Source: Malacoraja senta
Lineage: Eukaryota
Length of the DNA: 64,000 nucleotides
Assembly (NCBI GenBank): GCA_038087875.1
Contig: JAXLNO010000114.1
Location: forward strand, 62,001 to 126,000
Direction: 5' to 3'
A model generated the notes under the pieces. It made no database searches. It worked only from the letters and a program-made list of their open reading frames with translations, and had not been told where the DNA came from. Every line of letters begins with the position of its first letter. Within the stretch, counting starts at the first letter, position 1. Of the stretch, positions 50,947 to 63,376 are shown piece by piece. A program made the translations under genes and the position numbers.

Positions 50947-51304
50947 ATCCCCGGGGAGAGTGGCGCCGTTTGTCAACCGGGTCCCGCTCATCAGTGAAGG
51001 GGATCCTGTGGCCGCAGCCGCCCGGTGACGCCCCGAGTTTATGCATCACCGGGTAGAGAGGGGTCTGCCATGGGGATGGTCATACTTGGAGCGGCAGAAT
51101 TAGGCCAGTCGGCCCATCTAGTCTACTCCGCCATTCAATCATGGTTAGACACTAAAAGCTGGAGTAACTCAGCAGGACAGGCAGCATCTCTGGAGATAAG
51201 GAAGGGGTGACGTTTCGGGTCAAGACCCTTCTTCAGTCTGGTTACGGATAAGGGAAACGAGAGATATAGACGATGATTTTTTTGTTAGACTCAATCATGG
51301 CTGA

Positions 51305-51560
51305 TCTATCTCTCCCTCTCAACCTCATTCTTCTGCCTCCCCATAGCCCTGACACCCGTACAAATGAAGAATCTGTCCATCTCCACCTTAAAAATACCTA
51401 ATGACAGCCGTCTGCGGCAATGAATCCCACAGATTCACCACCCTCCAGCTCACAAAATTCCTCATCTCCAATCTAAAGGTACATACTTTAATTCTGAGGC
51501 TGTGCCCTCTGGTCCTAGACTCTCCCACTGGTGGAAACATCACTGTCCAGGCCTTTCACT
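51305..51560 (-). mobile_element. Decayed CR1 3' fragment
   Basis: ccacagattcaccaccctc...ctgaggctgtgccctctggtcctagactctccc is similar to 17780-17890. Confidence 0.6.
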
Positions 51561-52774
51561 ATTTGATGGGCTGTGAAGGGTGCAGGGAGGGTTCATGAGG
51601 ATGGGACGGATGCAGAGACGGTTTGGGAGAGAGGGGAGAGGGTGCAGAGAGGGTTCTGAAGGGATGGTGGAGGGTGCACAGAGGGTTTGGGAGAGGGGTT
51701 GGATGTGGAGGACCTCGAGAGGGTTCAGTAGGGTGGAGATTGGGTGTGGAGAGGGTTCAGGCGGGTGGGATGGGGTGTGGAGGGTTAAGAGAGGGTCAGG
51801 ATGGGGACGATGGGGTGTAGAGGGTGTCGAGAGGGCTCGGCAGGGTGGGGACAGGGTGGGTGGGTGACAGCATGGGCCAGATGGGGTGACTGGGAAATGT
51901 TGAGACCATCCTCGCCAGCAGACAATGAAGCAGCAATGCTGTATTCTGTGAATGTTTTTTGTACTATTATACAATTAACATGGTGCCTTGCTGCAGCAGC
52001 ACCAAGAATATTAGATAACATTTATTGACATAAATAAGGAATAATATTGCATCAAGTTTCATCAGACTGGTGTTGCCGTGTGTAGCGAGACCGTTGCTCA
52101 GCCTCTGTTCTTTAGTGTTTAGAGGAATGTGGGGTGACCTGAATGAAATGTCCATAGATTGGATGTATGCCGGGTGTTATGTTTTGCTGCATGTAAGTAT
52201 TTAATTGTTCCATTGTACATGTGAGAATTTAACACTCTTGACTCCTGGTTTTTCCCCTCAGTGAAGAGTCCAGATCCAGGGGTCAGAATCTGTGACTGGG
52301 GTGGTGGTCGGTGTGTTTCTGGGGTGGCTTGTTTCTGACTCTGAGGAACGATGGAACAATGGCTGCCCAGCTCCACCCAGTGTAAATGTGATTGGGGTTC
52401 CTGTCTTCATCACTCTGTCTACTAATGGTACCTCCATCCCCCAGGTACGTTGGTCATTTGCGATTTCAATAATTGAGGTCAGAGGAAGCCAATTATTCGA
52501 CCCACAGTGCCTTTGTCGGTTGTGGCAAGAGTTCATCAGTCAGATCCCACCTTCTGGCAACCAGTCTTCAGCACACATTGTAGTGTATAAGTTTCTTCAA
52601 AGGTAATTTTGATTGAGTTCCAGATCTATACTGATCCTGTGGTGGGAGAAACGTTTCACCAAGGTCTACAATCTTTCAGCTAATTCTTGTATCACCATGC
52701 CACCCTGTATTCGACCATATTACTCAGGGAAAGTGGTCCTCCTAGTTATTAATCCTTGTTATAGTTATTAATGA

Positions 52775-55552
52775 CAATCACTATGATATAGTTGGGATCA
52801 CGGAGACATGGCTCCAGGGTGACCAAGGCTGGGAGCTGAACATCCAGGGATATTCAATATTCAGGAGAGATAGACAGAAAGGAAAAGGAGGTGGGGTAGC
52901 GTTGCTGGTTAGAGAGGACATTAACGCAATTAGAAAGGAAGGACATTAGCTTGGAGGATGTGGAATCGTTATGGGTTAGAGCTGCGAAACACTAAGGGGC
53001 AGAAAACGCTAGTGGGAGTTGTGTACAGGCCAGCCTAACAGTAGTAGTGGAGTTGGGGATGGCATCAAACAGGAAATTAGAAATGCGTGCAACAAAGGTA
53101 AAACAGTTAATAAGGTGAACTTCAATCTACATATAGATTGGGTGAATCAAATTGGCAGGGGTGCTGAGGAAGAGGATTTCTTGGAATGTATGCGGGATAG
53201 TTTTGCTAAACCAACATGTAGAGGAACCAACGAGAGAGCAGGCTATTCTAGACTGGGTATTGAGTAATGAGGAAGGGTTGGTTAGCAGTCTTGTTATTCA
53301 TGGCCCCTTGGGCAAGAGTGACATTGTTAATTCAGAAACAAGGGTCCTGAACTTAAAGAAAGGTAACTTTGAGGGTATGAGACGTGAATTGGCCAAGATG
53401 GACTGGCAATTGATTCTTAAAGGGTTGACGGTGGATATGCAATGGAAGGCATTTAAAGACTGCATGGGTGAACTACAACAATTGTTCATCCCAGTTTGGC
53501 AAAGGAATAAATTAGGGACGGTAGTACATCCGTGGATAACAAGGGAAATCAGGGATACGATCAAAGCAAAAGATGAAGCATACAAATTAGCCAGAAAAAG
53601 CAGCCTACCAGAGGACTGGGAGAAATTCAGATTCCAGCAGAGTAGGACAAAGGGCTTAATTAGGAAAGGGAAAATAGATTATGAAAGAAAACTGTCAGGG
53701 AACATAAAAACTGACTGCAAAAGTTTTTATATATGTGAAGAGAAAAAGATTAGTTAAAACAAATGTAGGTTCCTTGCAGTCAGAAACAGGTGAATTGATC
53801 ATGGGGAACAAGGACATGGCAGACCAATTGAATAACTACTTTGGTTCTGTCTTCACTAAGGAAGACATAAATAATCTGCCGGAAATAGCAGGGGACCGGG
53901 GGTCAAATGAGATGGAGGAACTGAGTGAAATCCAGGTTAGCCGGGAAGTGGTGTTAGGTAAATTGAATAGATTAAAGGCCGATAAATCCCCAGAGCCAGA
54001 TAGGCTGCATCCCAGAGTACTTAAGGAAATAGCCCCAGAAATAGTGGATGCATTAGTGATAATTTTTCAAAACTCTTTAGATTCTGGAGTAGTTCCTGAG
54101 GATTGGAGGGTAGCTAATGTAACCCCACTTTTTAAAAAGGGAGGGAGAGAGAAAACGGGGAATTACAGATCAGTCAGTCTAACATCGGTAGTGGGGAAAC
54201 TGCTAGAGTCAGTTATTAAAGATGGGATAGCAGCACATCTGGAAAGTGGTGAAATCATTGGACAAAGTCAGCATGGATTTATGAAAGGTAAATTATGTCT
54301 GACGAATCTTATAGAATTTTTCGAGGATGTAACTAGTGGAGTGGATAAGGGAGAACCAGTGGATGTGTTATATCTGGATTTTCAGAAGGCTTTCGACAAG
54401 TTCCCACAATAGAGATTAGCATACAAACTTAAAGCACCCGGTATTGGGGGTTCAGTATTGATGTGGATAGAGAACTGGCTGGCAGACAGGAAGCAAAGAG
54501 TAGGAGTAAACGGGTCCTTTTCAGAATGGCTGCAGTGGCTAGTGGGGTACCGCAAGGCTCAGTGCTGGGACCCCAGCTATTTACAATATATATTAATGAT
54601 CAGGACGGGGGAATTGAATGCAACATCTCCAAGTTTGCGGATGATACGAAGCTGGGGGGCAGTGTTAGCTGTGAGGAGGATGCTAGGAAGCTGCAAGGTG
54701 ACTTGGATACGTTGGGTGACTGGGCAAATGCATGCCAGATGCAGTATAATGTGGATAAATGTGAGGTTATCCACAAAAACAGGAAAGTAGACTATTATCT
54801 GAATGGTGGCCGATTAGGAAAAGGAGAGATGCAACGAGACCTGGGTGTCATGGTACACCAGTCATTGAAAGTAGGCATGCAGGTGCAGCAGGCAGTGAAG
54901 AAAGTGAATGGTATGTTAGCATTCACAGCAAAAGGATTTGAGTCTAAGAGCAGGGAGGTTCTACTGCAGTTGTACAGGGTCTTGGTGAGACCACACCTGG
55001 AGTATTGCGTACAGTTTTGGTCTCCTAATCTGAGGATAGACATTCTTGCCATAGAGGGAGTATAGAGAAGGTTCACCACACTGATTCCTGAGATGGCAGG
55101 ACTTTCATATGAAGAAAGACTGGATAGACTCGGCTTGTACTCGCTAGAATTTAGAAGATTGAGGGGGGATCTTATAGAAACTTACAAAATTCTTAAGGGG
55201 TTGGACAGGCTAGATGCAGGAAGATTGTTCCCGATGTTGGGGAAGTCCAGAACAAGGGGTCACAGTTTATGGATAAGGGAGAAGTCTTTTAGGACCGAGA
55301 TGATAAAAACATTTTTCACACAGAGAGTGGTGAATCTGTGGAATTCTCTGCCACAGAAGGTAGTTGAGGCCAGTTCATTGGCTATATTTAAGAGGGAGTT
55401 ATTTCTGGCCCTTGTGGCTAAAGGGATCAGGGGGTATGGAGAGAAGGCAAGTACTGGATACTGAGGTGGATGATCAGCCATGATCATATTGAATGGCAGT
55501 GCAGGGTCGAAGGGCCGAATAGCCTACTCCTGTGCCTATTTTCTATGTTTCT
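52775..55552 (+). mobile_element. CR1 LINE ORF2 (5'-truncated, decayed)
   Basis: APE remnants, DWRVANVTPLFKKG, SQHGF, DFQKAFDK, SGVPQGSVLGP, FADDTK and QRVVNLWNSLP; ttctatg tail. Confidence 0.95.
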
Positions 55553-55557
55553 AAACA

Positions 55558-56088
55558 ACTCTCTCTCCCTCTCTCTCTCCCCCCTCTCTCCTCTCCCTCA
55601 ATCTCTCTCCCCTGTCTCTCCCTCTCTCCTTCTCTCCCACCATCTCTCTCTCTCTCTCTCTCTCCCTCCCCCCTCCCTCTCTCCTCTCACTCTCACTCTC
55701 CCCCTTTCTCCGTCCTAATACTTCTAATTAGTTTGCAATACTTTATCGACTAAATTAAACCAAACTCTCTCTCTTTCTATTCTCCCCCTCTCTCTCTGTC
55801 TCTCTCTCTCTGTCTCTTTTTGTCTCTCTCTCTGTCTCTCTCTCTCTCTGTCTCTCTCTCTCTCTCTCTCTTTCTGTCTATCTCTCTCTCTGTCTCTGTC
55901 TCTCTCCTCTCTGTCTTTCTGTCTCTCTCTCTGTGTCTATCTCTCTGTCTCTCTCTCTCTCTCTCTGTCTCTCTCTATCTCTCTCTCTCTCTCGCTGTCT
56001 CTTTCTTTCTTTCCTCTCCCACTCTCTCCTGCTCTCTATCCTAATACTTCTAATTAGTCCCTAATTGGGTTTATAAACTCAACTAAAC

Positions 56089-56146
<58 letters not shown>

Positions 56147-56182
56147 CTCTCTCTCTCTCCCTCCCTCCTAATTAGTTCCTAA
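55558..56182. repeat. (TC)-rich polypyrimidine array
   Basis: TC tracts with the spacer cctaatacttctaattag...aaaccaaac. Confidence 0.85.
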
Positions 56183-56554
56183 TCTATATAACTAAAAGTC
56201 TAATCTTGACCACTTCCTGGCTACGCTGTTAATTGGTTTTGGCCATCTTACTCACAGTCCTCCACCGCTGCAGCAGCCCTAATGATTTTTCCGATTGATG
56301 AAAAATAAAAAAGTTATGAATGTTTTAAAAATCTTGAGATCAGCTGATTGGTCCTCTCGCCTGTCAATCACCATGTTGAAGGTAACGCCCCTTCCGGGGG
56401 GGGGCAGGAGTATAAAGCCCCGGATGCCTGGACGTGAGTCAATCACTCTGGAAGATCGTGAGGGAGAGGCCACAACTGTGATTTTAAGCTGTGAGTCAAC
56501 TGAACTGTGAGTCTGCAATGTACTTGCAATAAATGATTTGTTTGCCCTTAATGA

Positions 56555-56823
56555 AACTGCAATGAGTTGTTTGGCCTGCCCTGTGCTTGAAGCTCCAATG
56601 GAATTGGAAATAAACTGAAAATGCAATGAGTTATTTGGCCTGCCCTGTGCTTGAAACTGCAATGGAAATGGAAATGAAATGAAAATGCAATGTTGTTTGG
56701 CCTGCCCTGTGCTTGAAACTGCAATGGAAATGGAAATGAAATGAAAATGCAATGAGTTGTTTGGCCTGCCCTCTGCTTGAAACTGCAATGGAAATGAAAT
56801 GAAATGAGTTGTTTGGCCTGCCT
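56555..56823 (+). repeat. ~58-66-bp tandem repeat within Helitron
   Basis: 4-5 units of gcaatgagttgtttggcctgccctgtgcttgaaactgcaatggaaatg. Confidence 0.85.
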
Positions 56824-57277
56824 GTAACCTCTAATTTCGGCCCACAAGGCCCCTATTAGCCGAGAAACCAGTCCCCTTTGCTCAAAATGCCTGTATTAGC
56901 CCAGGGGGGGCATTTTGGCCCAAAATGCCCGATTTATCCCAGAAGGAGCATTTCCGTGCCATGCCAGGAAAAGTCCAGAAAAAGTGCCTTTCACTCAGAT
57001 TTTTTAAAGTCCCTTCGGCCCATCAGGCCTGTACTAGCCCAGGAGGAGTCCCTTCGGCCCATGAGTAAGTATTCCCCCTGCAAGTATTAAACCTCACCCC
57101 AGTATATTTCTCCTTCCCTTCATTGGCTCCCTATGAGATCCAGGCCATGATAGACTTTCCTCCTTTATTGCTGTGATCTGCAGAAAAAGATGAAAAATGT
57201 CTAAAAATGATTCTCCAACCTCTCCACCTTCTCTCTCACAGTCTCTCACCTGTTTTGGGCAGAATTTCGGGCAGTTT

Positions 57278-57710
57278 CTGAGCTGCCAGCCCACCAGGCC
57301 AGAGTGACTGAGCTGCCAGCCCACCAGCCCTGAGTGACTAAGCTGCCAGCCCACCAGGCCTGAGTGACTGAGCTGCCAGCCCATCAGGCCTGAGTGACTG
57401 AGCTACCAGCCCACCATGACTGAGTGACTGAGCTGTCAGCCCACCAGGCCTGAGTGACTGAGCTGCCAGCCCACCAGGCCTGAGTGACTGAGCTACCAGG
57501 CCTGAGTGACTGAGCTGCCAGCCCACCAGGCCTGAGTGACTGAGCTGCCAGCCCACCAGGCCTGAGTGACTGTGCTGCCAGCCCACCAGGCCTGAGTGAC
57601 AGCTGCCAGCCCACCAGGCCTGAGTGACTGAGCTGCCAGCCCACCAGCCCTGAGTGACTGAGCGGTCAGCCCACCAGGCCTGAGTGACTGAGCTGCCAGC
57701 CCACCAGGCC
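57278..57710 (+). repeat. 30-bp minisatellite within Helitron
   Basis: About 14 units of ctgagctgccagcccaccaggcctgagtga. Confidence 0.92.
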
Positions 57711-57994
57711 CATAATAGCGCTCCAGAAAGCCCCCCCCCCCACTGGCCACGAATATTGGAATTGGTGGAGAGGTGGAATATCGCATTGGGGGACCAGCCC
57801 TCCTGTGTGAACATGGGACCCAACGGGTCCCACTTAGTCTAGTTGTATTAAATTGTATATTATTGTATTGTATTATATTGTATATTATTGTATTACATTG
57901 TATAATATTGTATAACAGTGTCTTATATTGTATTATCGTATTATATTGTATTATATTGTCTTATATTGTCTTATATTGTTTTATATTGTCTTAT

Positions 57995-58843
57995 ACGGAA
58001 AGACGGCAACCGGGGAGGGGAGGGTTGGCAGCCCAAACCGCATCCTCTGAGAGGAGGAGACCCAAATCACACTACAGAAAAACACATGGAAAAATACCCC
58101 CAGGAGTGCCCGAGAGGGGGGGAGGATGAGCACCTAATGGCAATGGACAACCGACTATGAGTATCAAATGCAGATGTGGTAAGGTCTGCAAGAACAGCCG
58201 AGGCCTGAAGATTCACCAGACCCGGATGAAGTGTTTGGAGGGAGAGGGAGTGTCACAACGCACTGGTATTTTACCTGGTGAGACGCAGGAGGAGCCGGGC
58301 CCGGAATCACCCCATAGTGCCCGAAGCCTCCAAGTGGCGCAACTAGTCCCACCGAACAGATCTCCGGAGAAGGTTCGAGTCAAATGGCCTCAGGCCTGCA
58401 AGACGGCAGTCTGGCATCAGTTCGAACAGGACGTCGACAAGGTGGTAGAAGCAACTGTGAACGGAGACGTGGACCAAGTATGAAGAGCTGGTCATAGACT
58501 GCCGTAAGCAGGGCTGGAAGGCAAGGTGTTTGCCCATCGAGGTTGGCTGCAGAGGTTTTGCAGGGCAATCGCTCTTCAAAGCCTTGAGTGCACTGGGCAT
58601 CAACGGAATGGCGAGGAGAAGAGCCATCAAGAACACCACAGAGGCAGCGGAGAAGGCCTCGTGATGGCTGGATCAGGAGAGAAGGTTCCATGGGGAGGAG
58701 TGAATGTCACCTGAACACAAGTCGTGGTCTGATCAACCACGGCTGGGTCGCCTGGGCGAAGGCGTCTGATGTTGAAAGACCTGAAACACCCAATGACCCC
58801 AGGTTACATCACTGATGATGTGTTCAGGAGCATCAATAGATGT
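57995..58843 (+). mobile_element. Internally deleted Hero/NeSL (R2-group) non-LTR element
   Basis: CRCGKVCKNSRGLKIHQTRMKCL...VKWPQA, then KYEELVIDCRKQGWKARCLPIEVGCRGFAGQSL...AAEKAS (REL C-terminus); the RT is absent. Confidence 0.8.
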
Positions 58844-59489
58844 GTTTTTATCAAATATTGTATTATATTTGATTACATTGTCATATTCTTATATTGTATA
58901 ATATTGTCTTATTTTATATTATATTGTATAATATCGTATAATATTGTATTATATTGTATAATATTGTCTTATATTGTATAATATTGTCATATTGTATTAT
59001 ATTGTATAATATTGTCTTATTATATTATATTGTATTATATTGTATAATATTGTATTATATTGTATGTTATTGTAATATTGTATTATATTGTATATTATTG
59101 TATTATATTGTATATTATTGTATTATATTGTATATTATTGTATTATATTGTCCTATATTGTACCCCGGAGATCCCTGGGCGCTGGCTGCCCTTCCGGCCC
59201 AGCGCCCGGCCCCACCAGCGCCCGGCTCCGTCAAGCCCCCCACTCTCCCTCCTCACTTCCTCAGAATCTCGAGGTTGCCGCAGTCGGCCTCTCGGTTGGC
59301 CTCGCAGTCGGCTCCAGGCCGCTCCGCGCTCGGGCCGCTCCGCACTCCGGCCGCGGTGATGCACAAACTCTGTTCGCTCAGCTTCTTCAGCTTTATTGCG
59401 ACAGATGAGCCGGCCAATCTGAGCACTGCACCCACAGAACTACAGCCGCACCTCGCAAATCAATATTCACCCGACTAGCTGGATCGAAG

Positions 59490-60268
59490 CAAGGAAGAAA
59501 GGTAATGCTACGCTTGTTATGGGAGATTTCAACATGCAGGTAGACTGGGAAAACCAGGTTGGTACTGAACCCCAAGAAAGGGAGTTTGTGGAATGCCTCC
59601 GTGATGGATTCTTGGAGCAGCTTGTACAGGAGCCTACCAGGGAGAAGACAATTCTGGATTTAGTGTTGTGTAACGAACCGGATTTGATAAAGGAACTTGA
59701 GGTTAAGGAGCCATTAAGAGGTATCGACCATAATATGGTCAGGTTTAAACTACAATTGGAGAGGAAGAAGGGTAAATCGGAGGTGTCAGTGTTACAGTTG
59801 AATAAAGATGACCATGGAGCCATTAGGGAGGAGCTGGCCAAAGTTGACTGGAAAGAGACCCCAGCAGGGATGACAGTGGAACAACAATGGCAGGTATTTC
59901 TGGGAATAATACAGAAGGTGCAGGATCAGTTCATTCCAAAGAGGAAGAAAGATTTCAAGGGCAGTAAGGGGCGACTGTAGCTGACAAGGGATGTCAAGTA
60001 AGCCATTTTGAACGGAGATGAGGAAATACTTTTTCACACAGAGTTGTGAGTCTGTGCAATTCTTTGCCTCAGAGGGCAGTGGAGGTCGGTTCTCTGGATA
60101 CTTTCAAGAGAGAGCTAGATAGGGCTCTTAAAGATAGTGGAGTCGGGGGATATGGGGAGAAGGCAGGAACGAGGTACTGATTGGGGATGATCATGATCAC
60201 ATTGAATGGCGGTGCTGGCTCTGAGGGTCGAATGGCCTACTCCTGCACCTATTGTCTATTGTCTATTG
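59490..60268 (+). mobile_element. CR1 fragment with internal deletion (endonuclease joined to 3' end)
   Basis: ORF 59519-59980 has GDFN...ILDLVLCN; abrupt join near 60000 to the 3' end; ctattgtctattg tail. Confidence 0.88.
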
Positions 60269-60865
60269 AAACAATTTAAAAACATATCCATGTGCAGTCA
60301 ACACATCCTTGTGGAATTAAGGTGAGACTATCGCAGCTCAGATTTATTTCTGGTCTTTGTTTCCAATCAATATTCAAAACTTAAAATGACATTCATATTA
60401 TCGGCCCAGGAATCAGTAGCGTGGGGTTATAATTGTGCTTGCACTGGTGACATGCCTGTTGCTGCTGTTGTCTGTTACAACAGTATGGATCCCCGCACCT
60501 TTACTCTGGATTAAAGACAGGGCACTGTGGCTGGGAAAGAAGAGAGGTTAACGTGGAGAGGTCAGTGGCGGTAAAGAATATGGTGTTTGTGGCAAAGTGG
60601 GAACATTGGAATGTGTTTTGGGAGTCACGGTTCAATTTTAATCATATACTCCGTCAGTTAATAATGTATCCAAAGTGGACGGAGAACTCACTTCATTTTC
60701 CACTTCTGAAGTCATCCGATAATTAAATTAAGTTGCCACTCCCTCACAGTAAATTCCAGTTCCAGTCTAAAACCTGGATCCCTCTAACATAACGTAAAAC
60801 AGACAAACAATGAAGAGTTTAAAAAGCTCCGTGAGTAATTGGCAAATGTAGATCAATGTCACTCA

Positions 60866-61031
60866 TGTTATGAGTCATACTTTGTAGCTACGCCCACTAG
60901 TTTAACAGAAAGCCTCCCTGCCCTTACTCTCTCACTTTTAGAGTAATGAGCTACATCTTAGTTACCTATGCTGTAACATTAATAAAGTCTTTGGATCTTA
61001 ATCACGGTGTGTGACTAAAGTTATTCCAACA
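60866..61031 (+). mobile_element. Possible solo LTR
   Basis: tgtt...aaca termini and internal aataaa; only a 3-nt (tca) flank match, so the TSD is unconvincing. Confidence 0.3.
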
Positions 61032-61719
61032 TCAGAAGCTCAACAGCAGAGGAATTAAACAATCACTTTCTGTCGGTTTTCAGGCAAAAGGATGCAATCA
61101 CCTTCCAGTTCTCTTGAGGAGATAACTTTTGGAATAGAAAAGTGGAAATTAGGCAGTGCGTTGAATTTGGACTTTCAGATGGTTTATCGGACGTTGTGTG
61201 AGCCCGGATAGTTGATGACCTTGGGAGGACGGGTTGATTGGATCAGATATTGTGTGTGTTGGTTCACCAGGTAGCGTTTTCCTTCGCATTCAAATGTTGC
61301 TTGACGGATATCTTAATATTGTTCATTCCAGAACCACAGAAGTTTGGAACTCTTGAATCATCATGGCTGAAGGTGGCGATAGGGGAGGAGATGCAGTGAC
61401 ATCTACATCAAGGAAACAGAAAGGTTTGTAGAGCCTTCTGTGAATTATAAATGTTGCCCTGACAATGGGCGTGGAGCTGTTGCAAATAGTGAGGTTAACA
61501 AAAGAAGTCGGAAAAAGGGAAGGGGCTGAACAGAGACAATTTACATCTGCAGAGACAGCATAGTCACATGCGGACAGATGCAGGAACTGTGTGATAAATC
61601 ACCACATTTTGGTTTATGTTAGCACAAAAGTTAAGTCAGAATATCAATGTCCAGAATCAAGGGTCATACTGCGTAGAAATGGGCCTTTGACCCACGATGG
61701 GTCTGCCAGCCGCCAATCC

Positions 61720-62410
61720 CTCTACACTCTCACCAACATCTACAGATGCGCCGTAGTAAGCATTTCATCAAGGTGCATGACAGCATGGTTTTGTAAGAAA
61801 GAACTGCAGATGCTGGTTTAAACCGAAGATAGACGTTAAAAGCTGGAGTATCTCAGCAGATCAGGCAGCATTTCTGGAGAGAAGGAATGGGTGACGTTTT
61901 GGGTCCAGTAGAGGAAGGGTCCCGACCCAAAACGTCACCCATTCCTTCTCTCCAGAGATGCTGCCTGTCCCGCTGAGTTACTCCAGCTTTTTGTGTCTAT
62001 CTATGGTTTTGTAAGCGTTCCATTCAAGGCCTCAATAAGTTGCATCGAGTTGTGAATGTAACTAACCCAACATCCCTCCCATTGACTCTATCTACACTTC
62101 CCGCTGCCTTGGCAAGGCCACCAGCATAATGAAGGATGAGTCTCACGCCGATCACCCCCTCTTCTCCCATCTCCCCCCAGCCAAGAGATATAGGTGTGAA
62201 AACACGAACCTCCAGATTCAGTGAGAGTTCCTTCCAAGCTGTAATCAGGCAACTGAACCATCCTCGTCACCAGTTAGCGATTGGTTCTGTCCACCCAATT
62301 GAAGGCCCTCGGACTATCATTAATCACACTTTACTAGAATTAACTTACACTGAATGCTACTCCCATTATCTTGTTCTGTGCCTTGTGGCTGACTAGATTG
62401 TAATGCATAA
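61720..62410 (+). mobile_element. Rex1/Babar-like LINE 3' fragment interrupted by a Penelope-terminus foldback (61798-62002)
   Basis: TLTNIYRCAVVSI..CMTAWF and KTRTSRFSESSFQAVIRQLN. The insert is flanked by duplicated atggttttgtaag and is itself an inverted repeat. Confidence 0.65.
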
Positions 62411-62629
62411 GAAGGCACTGCAGATGCTGGAAAATGGAAGGTAGACAATGGGGTTGGGGCTAAGGTTACTTACCCCCAATTTGAAGCTCCAGCCCTTGTC
62501 TCCCCCCCCCCCCACCCCCAACGGGGAACAAGGGCTGAAGAGGGCCAGGCGTGGGGAGGGACATCGGGTCACGGGAACATGCGACGACTTTGTGTCCAGC
62601 TGGAGATGGAGCTGGAGATTGGGGGTAAG

Positions 62630-63026
62630 TAACCCCAGCCCCAACCCCAACCCCAGCCCCAACCCCAGCCCCAGCCCCAACCCCAGCCCCAACCCTAGCC
62701 CCAACTCCAGCCCCAGCCCCAACCCGTGCCCCAACCCCAGCCCCAACCCCAGCCCCAGCCCCAACACCAGCCCCAACCCTAGTCCCAAATCCAGCCCCAG
62801 CTCCAACCTGTGCCCCAAACTCAGCCCCAACCCCAGCCCCAACCCCAGCCCCAACCCGTGCCCCAACCCCAGCCCCAACCCCAGCCCCAACCCCAGCCCC
62901 AACCCGTGCCCCAACCCCAGCCTCAGCCCCAACCCCAGCCACAACCCCAACCCCAACCCCAACCCCTGCCCGAACCCCAACCCCAGCCCCAACCCCAGCC
63001 CCAACCCTAGCCCGAACCCTAGCCCT
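62630..63026. repeat. Hexamer microsatellite (CCCCAA/CCCCAG)n
   Basis: Seen directly; produces the spurious PN/PS, GL, GA/GV and PQ repeat ORFs. Confidence 0.95.
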
Positions 63027-63250
63027 CAAGAAAGTTTTAGTCATCTCCATCATGTGACGCTCCCAAACTTGATCATCTCCACCATGTCTAGTCATATCCG
63101 TCACATGAGTATTTTATGCTAATAATGTGTAAAATAATACAACAATGACCATAATTATCAATTATAATTGATCAATTGCCAATATGCCTCTGCCTATTCA
63201 TCTGAAGTTAATATTGTTTTAGAGAACGTTGGTGAAAAGTTATGTGAAGG

Positions 63251-63376
63251 TCTGAAGGGTTTGGGCCCGAAACATTGCCTATTTCCTTCGCTCCATAGAT
63301 GCTACCGCACCCGCTGAGTTTCTCGAGCATTTTTGTCTACCTTCAATCTTCCAGCATCTGCAGTTCCTTCTTGAAC
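63251..63376 (+). mobile_element. Penelope-terminus insertion with TSD
   Basis: Flanked by atgtgaagg (63242-63250 / 63377-63385); absent from the mirror copy at ~22020-22030. Confidence 0.7.

Larger units (their letters stand above)
56183..57842 (+). mobile_element. Non-autonomous Helitron with internal tandem arrays
   Basis: 5' TCTATATA; 3' hairpin GGGACCC-aac-GGGTCCC followed by CTAG; inserted between A (56182) and T (57843) with no TSD. Confidence 0.85.

Noticed and set aside
57278..57710. 30-bp array and its repetitive ORFs
   Set aside because: No unique spacers; a minisatellite inside a Helitron, so the ORFs are artefacts.
58769..59478. Y/C/I/L-rich 'membrane-like' ORFs (also 39538-39924, 57773-58160)
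   Set aside because: Translations of an AT-rich microsatellite.
62393..63122. GL-, PN/PS-, GA/GV- and PQ-repeat ORFs
   Set aside because: All frames are open because of a stop-free hexamer microsatellite.
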